The position numbers and the translations under genes are program-made. A DNA stretch of 62,569 bases, the filler included, from Collodictyon triciliatum (lineage: Eukaryota), in NCBI GenBank assembly GCA_043381765.1. It is 31 parts of 31 records of this genome, joined end to end, with 100 filler letters (N's around TTAATTAATTAA, not from the genome) between each part and the next. Parts side by side here need not be neighbours in the genome. Positions count along the whole stretch, not along the records: positions 56,630 to 58,543 come from JBHJMP010009914.1; positions 58,644 to 60,557 come from JBHJMP010009915.1; positions 60,658 to 62,569 come from JBHJMP010009916.1; 28 more parts are not named here. One strand, 5' to 3'. Below the pieces are notes generated by a model. It was not told the origin of the DNA. It made no database searches and saw only the letters and a program-made list of their open reading frames with translations. This document shows, in pieces, positions 56,842-62,569 of the stretch. Numbering within the stretch: the stretch's first letter is position 1; each line of letters begins with the position of its first letter.

Positions 56842-58174
56842 CGAAACAGGGCTGAACATGAAAATCAGAACCTGAAACCCGATGGAATAGGAAATGGAAA
56901 TGTCCAAAGGTCGGCATCCAATTTCTTTTTATTTTCATGATTTTGAAATGGATGATAGATTATTCAATTATAATAATCTGCCTATTTTCGTGTTCCAGAA
57001 AGTCATTACAAGTCAAACAAAATGATTATTAACTTATCCGTCTATATTAAGTAATAAGCCAAGTTCCATCATATCGCCATCTGCATATCAAATACAAAAT
57101 AGCACATCACCTTCGGCATCGCACCCTTTAAATGTTATTTTTATTAAGGAAAAAAAAAAAAACGAGAAATCAATACTATTGAGATATCGAAGTTACTTTT
57201 ATTTTTTTATTTCTTCAGTCCTTTTCTTCTCTCAATCAATCGATTTTTCTCACACTTGGTTGATAGTTGTTTACGTTTCATATTTCCTCAATAATGAAGC
57301 ATGTATACTATATGTCAATATTTTATTTATTTATTTTTCATATCAGTTTGTGCAATTCATTCGAAAAAGTTATCATTTTTGTAATCGTGAGTTTTGTAAA
57401 ATAACAGAAATCTCTAGAATCATCTGGCAAGAGTGCAACATTTGGTGCTTCAGTTTCTAAGTAAAAGAAAAGACACCAAAGAAGGAATAAATCGAAATTA
57501 AATTATATTAGAAAATACACATTATTGAAAAGATAAACGCAAATTATATAGTGCTGGAATATAAGGAATTCAATACTGGTACTTTTTTGATCTCTCCATT
57601 TATCCTTCCATTCAATGTGATTAGTATATTACTAATACTTTTATTAACTTGTTCCAGGTCTGCACCTAAGCGAAATACTGGCAGTCCAATACCGCCCTCA
57701 ACATCTACAAACAACCGTGCTCGGATGGGAAGCTTAATGGGTACACCGGTTATCGCTGGTGGAATAGAGGGGGTAGTTATTGGAAATGGCTCCAACCACC
57801 AAGGGAACAGAAACCGCCCGGACAGTGCAGGCTCATTAAGTGTTTCAGCTGCAAGTGGGATCTCGTATGGAGCTATCACCGGACAAAGCTTAGCAGGTCA
57901 GGCAGCTGGACCACAGCAGGCATCAAGTGGTTCGTGGAGTAGTCTCAGCCACGCATCTGGCTATTCATCAAATATAAGCTACATGGCCAATTCCTCGATA
58001 GGTTCAAGGCCAAAGAGTAGAGCACAGTCACCGTCTCCGACCCCAACGACCACAACAGCATTTTTGTCTATAAATCTCAATGGAAGTGGCCAAGAACTCG
58101 AGCAATACTACCCCCTTGAGGTCAGCCCGTCTAATGGAGGAAGCCGGCGGTCAGATAAAAAGTCGTCCATCTAG
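56842..58174 (+). CDS. Hypothetical Ser/Gly-rich C-terminus (2 exons)
   Basis: Phase-2 intron joins ...GNVQR|SAPKRNT...; long open last exon ending at TAG. Confidence 0.5.
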
Positions 58175-58643
58175 TCATATAATCCCTTCTATAGCTAGGC
58201 CTTTCCCAAAACGTCCACATCATAGCATCATTTCTCTAAATGCATTTTTTTCTTCATCATAAATCAGTATCAATCCCGCTCCATCTCTTAACTCTCGGAT
58301 ATGTTCATTTTTACTTTCAGGAGCCAAATCAATCCTGGGATGGAAGGCGTTAATGGAAAAGCCCTACCCCCCCTGAAGAGTTCCCAAAAAAATAAGGTCG
58401 GATGAACAACCTACTTTTTTTTTTTTCCACCGATCCCCCTTTAACTTTGTTTGCACCGTGGTTGTACAGACGAAGCGAAACAATCTGTTGTTTGGTGTTA
58501 ACTCACGTCTTTCCTATTATTCATCCCCCCACCCCCCCCCCCCNNNNNNNNNNNNNNNNNNNNNNNNNNNNNNNNNNNNNNNNNNNNTTAATTAATTAAN
58601 NNNNNNNNNNNNNNNNNNNNNNNNNNNNNNNNNNNNNNNNNNN

Positions 58644-58763
<120 letters not shown>

Positions 58764-58818
58764 AAAAACATCTAGAATTCAGGGGACTGACCTAATCAGG
58801 AGAGAAAAAGGGACGAAC

Positions 58819-60246
58819 CTGGATTAAGGCAAAGCATACTGCGTATGAGGTTGCGTGCATTCTCTGAGATGGAAATATGCTCTGGGAATGAGTATTGCAG
58901 TTTGCGAATGCGGTCGTATGTGGTTTTGACGTCGCTGGTCTCAAACGGAGGTTTTCCAATGAGCATGGTAAACATGATGACGGCAAAGGACCAAATGTCC
59001 ACTTCAGGGCCGTGTTCACCGCGGCCATTCAGCATCTCCGGCGCGATGTAGTTTGGCGTCCCACAAACGGTTCTGTGTTAATTATAATTACTCTGCTGTT
59101 TTACCTGCACAGCTCTAACCAGCTCATACGAAGTGTATTAGAAACTATGATAGGAATGAACGAATCAAGCAAAAAACAAAAAACAAAAAAAAAGGGGTAA
59201 AGAACCAAAGACAAAATAAAAATAAATAGTGATAGAGAATGATAATGCAACGCACAAGCGACGTTCCCCGGCGTAGTTCAAGGCTGTCGCGAGCCCAAAG
59301 TCACCGACTTTCACTTCCATTTTGCTGCTGATAAACATGTTGCCGAGTTTTAAGTCGCGATGGATGATGTTAAGGCGATGGAGATAGCGGACGGCAGACA
59401 GAAGCTGCGTCATGTAGTACAACACTTCAGGCTCGGTTAGGCGCTGACGCTTGGCAAGCAGCTCCATGAAGCTCTATTTTTTTTCAGAGTAGGCAAATCA
59501 AGTCAGATAACCATAAATAAAAAAAAGTAAAACAATGAAACAATAGAACAGGCGACGAGAGCAAAACTCTGAAACGTCAAAAATATGTTCATTTTCCTAT
59601 CAAAGAACTCCAACCACTGAAAGTCTGCATACGTTGGTAATAAGTCATTAAATGAGTGAGTGGATAAATATAATGACAGAGGAAAAGGGAGACCTGGTTA
59701 TCGCACAGCTCAAGGATGATGTAGATATATTCGCTATCCTCAAAGGATTGCTGAAACTTGACGATGTTTGGATGGGCTGTGCTGCGGTGGATTTTGATTT
59801 CCTGAAGGAGCTGTGAAAAGAAAGGAGGAGAAAAACGATACATTATCATGAAGATATTCCGTTCATATGCACGCCGACGAAAGGGTAGAAAATAATAAAA
59901 TAATAAAATAATTATAATAAATAAATAAAAATGACAATCATTACAATAATCATAATAATGATAATTATAATGATAATGATAATGATAATGATAATATGTA
60001 AAAGCCCTTGTTGTATGCGAAAAACGAAGAGTATTATTAGGTAATAAGGAAGATAGGCGGTCAAAAAGGGAGAGATAAAGAGTAAGAAAAGAGAAACTAC
60101 GAAGCATTCAGGAGAGTTGAGTGAAGAACAAAACCCACTTTTGCTCGGGCCTTTGGCTTCACAAGCGACGCCTTCTTGACAAACTTTCCCGCGTACTGCC
60201 TCCCGGTGGCCTCGTCTGTCATGACAAAGCACTTTGCAAAGCCGCC
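58819..60246 (-). CDS. PLK1: Polo-like kinase, kinase domain exons
   Basis: [60 protein letters not shown]. Confidence 0.93.
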
Positions 60247-60657
60247 CTGCGCATCAAATGAAGAAAGCAGGCTGTGAGGAAACCACAAAAGCGAACCATC
60301 AAACGCAGTCAGAGTGCCGGAAGGCAAAAAGGCCGCAGAGACAGAGACAAAGACAAAGACAGAGACAAAGACAAAGACAAAGACAAAGACAAAGACAAAA
60401 ACAAAGACAAAGACAAAGACAAAGACAAAGACAAAAACAAAGACAAAGACAAAGACAAAGACAAAGACAAAGACAAAGACAAAGACAAAGACAAAGACAA
60501 AGACAAAGACAAAGACAAAGACAAAGACAAAGACAAAGACAAAGACAAAGACAAAGANNNNNNNNNNNNNNNNNNNNNNNNNNNNNNNNNNNNNNNNNNN
60601 NTTAATTAATTAANNNNNNNNNNNNNNNNNNNNNNNNNNNNNNNNNNNNNNNNNNNN

Positions 60658-60964
60658 CGTCTCACCGAGAACCAAGGAGCAAGAGCAAACAGCACAAGTC
60701 GAATCCAAGCTTGGAACTTCACACACCAAAGACAGTCCGAGCAAGCAGGAGCGTATATTTCTAAAACCACAAGGGCATATCCATACTCCGGTTAGGCAAA
60801 GTCCACTGCCGGCTACGCATGGCTCCGAAACCAGGAGACGGTCAAGCGCTACTTTCGATAATTCCAGACAAACAACAATGTATCGCTTTTTGTCTCAATC
60901 TCCCAGCAAGAAACGCAAGGAAAGTGACCCGTTGTCCCCTCAAAAGACTCATCCAATGGAATGA
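60658..60964 (+). mobile_element. Second copy of the 40495-40570 element sequence, extending the reading frame to its stop
   Basis: About 92% identity over 76 nt to the reverse complement of 40495-40570; frame open to ...SPSKKRKESDPLSPQKTHPME*. Confidence 0.65.
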
Positions 60965-61493
60965 AATAGGATGTAAACCTTGTCTGAGATAGACGGTTGA
61001 AAGGACTCGTCGGAATCGATTTGAGAAGTAACTGTCATGTGGGTACTCTCATCCACCTGACAACTTCATCCGCTCTTCTGTCAGTCTCGAATACAACCAG
61101 AAACCGCGTTGGAGCTGATTCACCTCGGGTAGAATAGTCTGTTTGTGAGAACACTTTCTCTCCTTTCTATTTCTTTTTCTTTTTCTTTTTCTTTTTCTTT
61201 TTCTTTTTCTTTCCACCCAAAACACAAAACCTCCAACCACACAATCCGGGGTTTTCCACTTTCTCATCCACAGTTCATTATTGTCCTTGAGGCGAAGGCA
61301 GTTTCCTCGGCTTTATTTTTTGTTAAACTGTTGTAACACAACCAAAAAAAAAATTCCTGTGCAAGGTTGCGACAAAAGATTTTATCTTTGTTTTATGGAT
61401 GTAGATGACTTAATGTAGTGTTTTTTTTCCAAGGCCTTCTTCGATGTTTCTCTTGAAGCCCGGAAGCTTTCCAGGAACCCTGAACGAACTGTA

Positions 61494-62501
61494 TCAATTG
61501 TATTTCTTGAGTCTCAGGTCCTGGATGACGAAGGAGAGATATGCAAGGGCCGTTGTGGCGATGAAGCAGAGGATGACATAGAGGGCTGACTCTCCGTACT
61601 CATATCCATCGTACGCGTAAAGTCTCAAAACATCCTAAAATTTTCAAGAATTCAGAACGGTTGCAGGAACTAAAATAAAAAAAATAATGATAAACATGTT
61701 CTGATAAACACGATTAAGTAAACTTTGTAAATGTTTTGAAAAGCGTGTTCATTTTCTCATAAACTGTACAATCATTCAAGTAAAAAGACCATACCTCTCC
61801 AGTTTTGAAGGTGCAGATAGGAGCATTATCAAATACGACTCCCTTCAAGGTTTTTATGGTTATTATTTTAATGTGATGAAATCAAGGTTACATTGCCGGA
61901 AGATATTATTGGATTATGATTATTTAAGCTGATTGTGCCTCGTATCGCATGTAATGATATATCGTCTATTCCAATCTAATAGCAGACTACCTCAAACTCG
62001 TTAACAGCCAAGGCTTGAACACCCCATCTGGTCATGGAGATTTCCAGAATCCAAGCAACTGATGCGGCCATTCGCTAGGTACGAAAATCATCATATTTTC
62101 ATAGGATAAAGTAATCTGATAAAAAGAAAACTTTTGCAACAAAAAAATTAAGAATGAAACGTACGTCCTGTATGACGAGATATCCTGTGAAGAGAATATA
62201 CGATGCACCAATAACGGGTCCGAAAACAGCAGCGATGATTGAGTTTGGCATAAGAGACCCGATGAGGAGACTCAGAGACTGAGATGATTTTAAAAAAATG
62301 AATGAGGAAAATTTACAGGAGAGATGTATATATTAATAATTAATTTGTTTTATCGTGAATGAAAACGTACATGCGACGAGTTGTACGTGACAAACACAAT
62401 TAAAAAGTATTTGAAGAAGTGCTCTGAGCCGTTGCGCATGTCAACCAAATAGTACATTATTGGACAAAAGAGAAGGGAGGCCACGGTAACTGGAATGCGG
62501 T
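61494..62501 (-). CDS. ABC transporter G family (white-like) transmembrane domain, last five exons
   Basis: LFCPIMYYLVDM, SLLIGSLMPN, ILFTGYLV, WILEISMTRWGVQALAVNEFE|G, CTFKTGE|DVL; ends at TGA. Confidence 0.88.
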
Positions 62502-62569
62502 CTGTAAAGAATCTCGAGAAAAGATACGAATGCAGGTGATAATCCCGCTTTCTTCGGTCTCTTATGAAC

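Overview
This window is not one locus. It is 31 unrelated contigs of about 1.91-1.93 kb, sorted by decreasing length and joined by 100-nt artificial spacers (N44-TTAATTAATTAA-N44). Most contigs come from an intron-rich, microsatellite-laden eukaryote that uses the standard genetic code and is probably a flagellated protist (it has IFT57). Most contigs break at a microsatellite. By splicing exons manually I recovered fragments of APC7, IFT57, Sec10, Rpn7, NRDE2, PP1, a Polo-like kinase, an ARH1-type ADP-ribosylhydrolase, a soluble adenylyl-cyclase-like protein, an ABCG transporter, an HS2ST-like sulfotransferase, GST, FKBP, two Kelch proteins, two GNAT acetyltransferases and an M12 metalloprotease. 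One contig (42514-44432) looks bacterial. The most notable hidden signal is non-LTR retrotransposon activity. There are L1/Tx1-type ORF1-like, endonuclease and zf-RVT remnants, plus two families of very short (about 20-120 bp) A-tailed insertions that recur across contigs. Two of these insertions have clear target-site duplications, and one sits at the junction of two related minisatellites. All family assignments come from motif recognition, not database searches.
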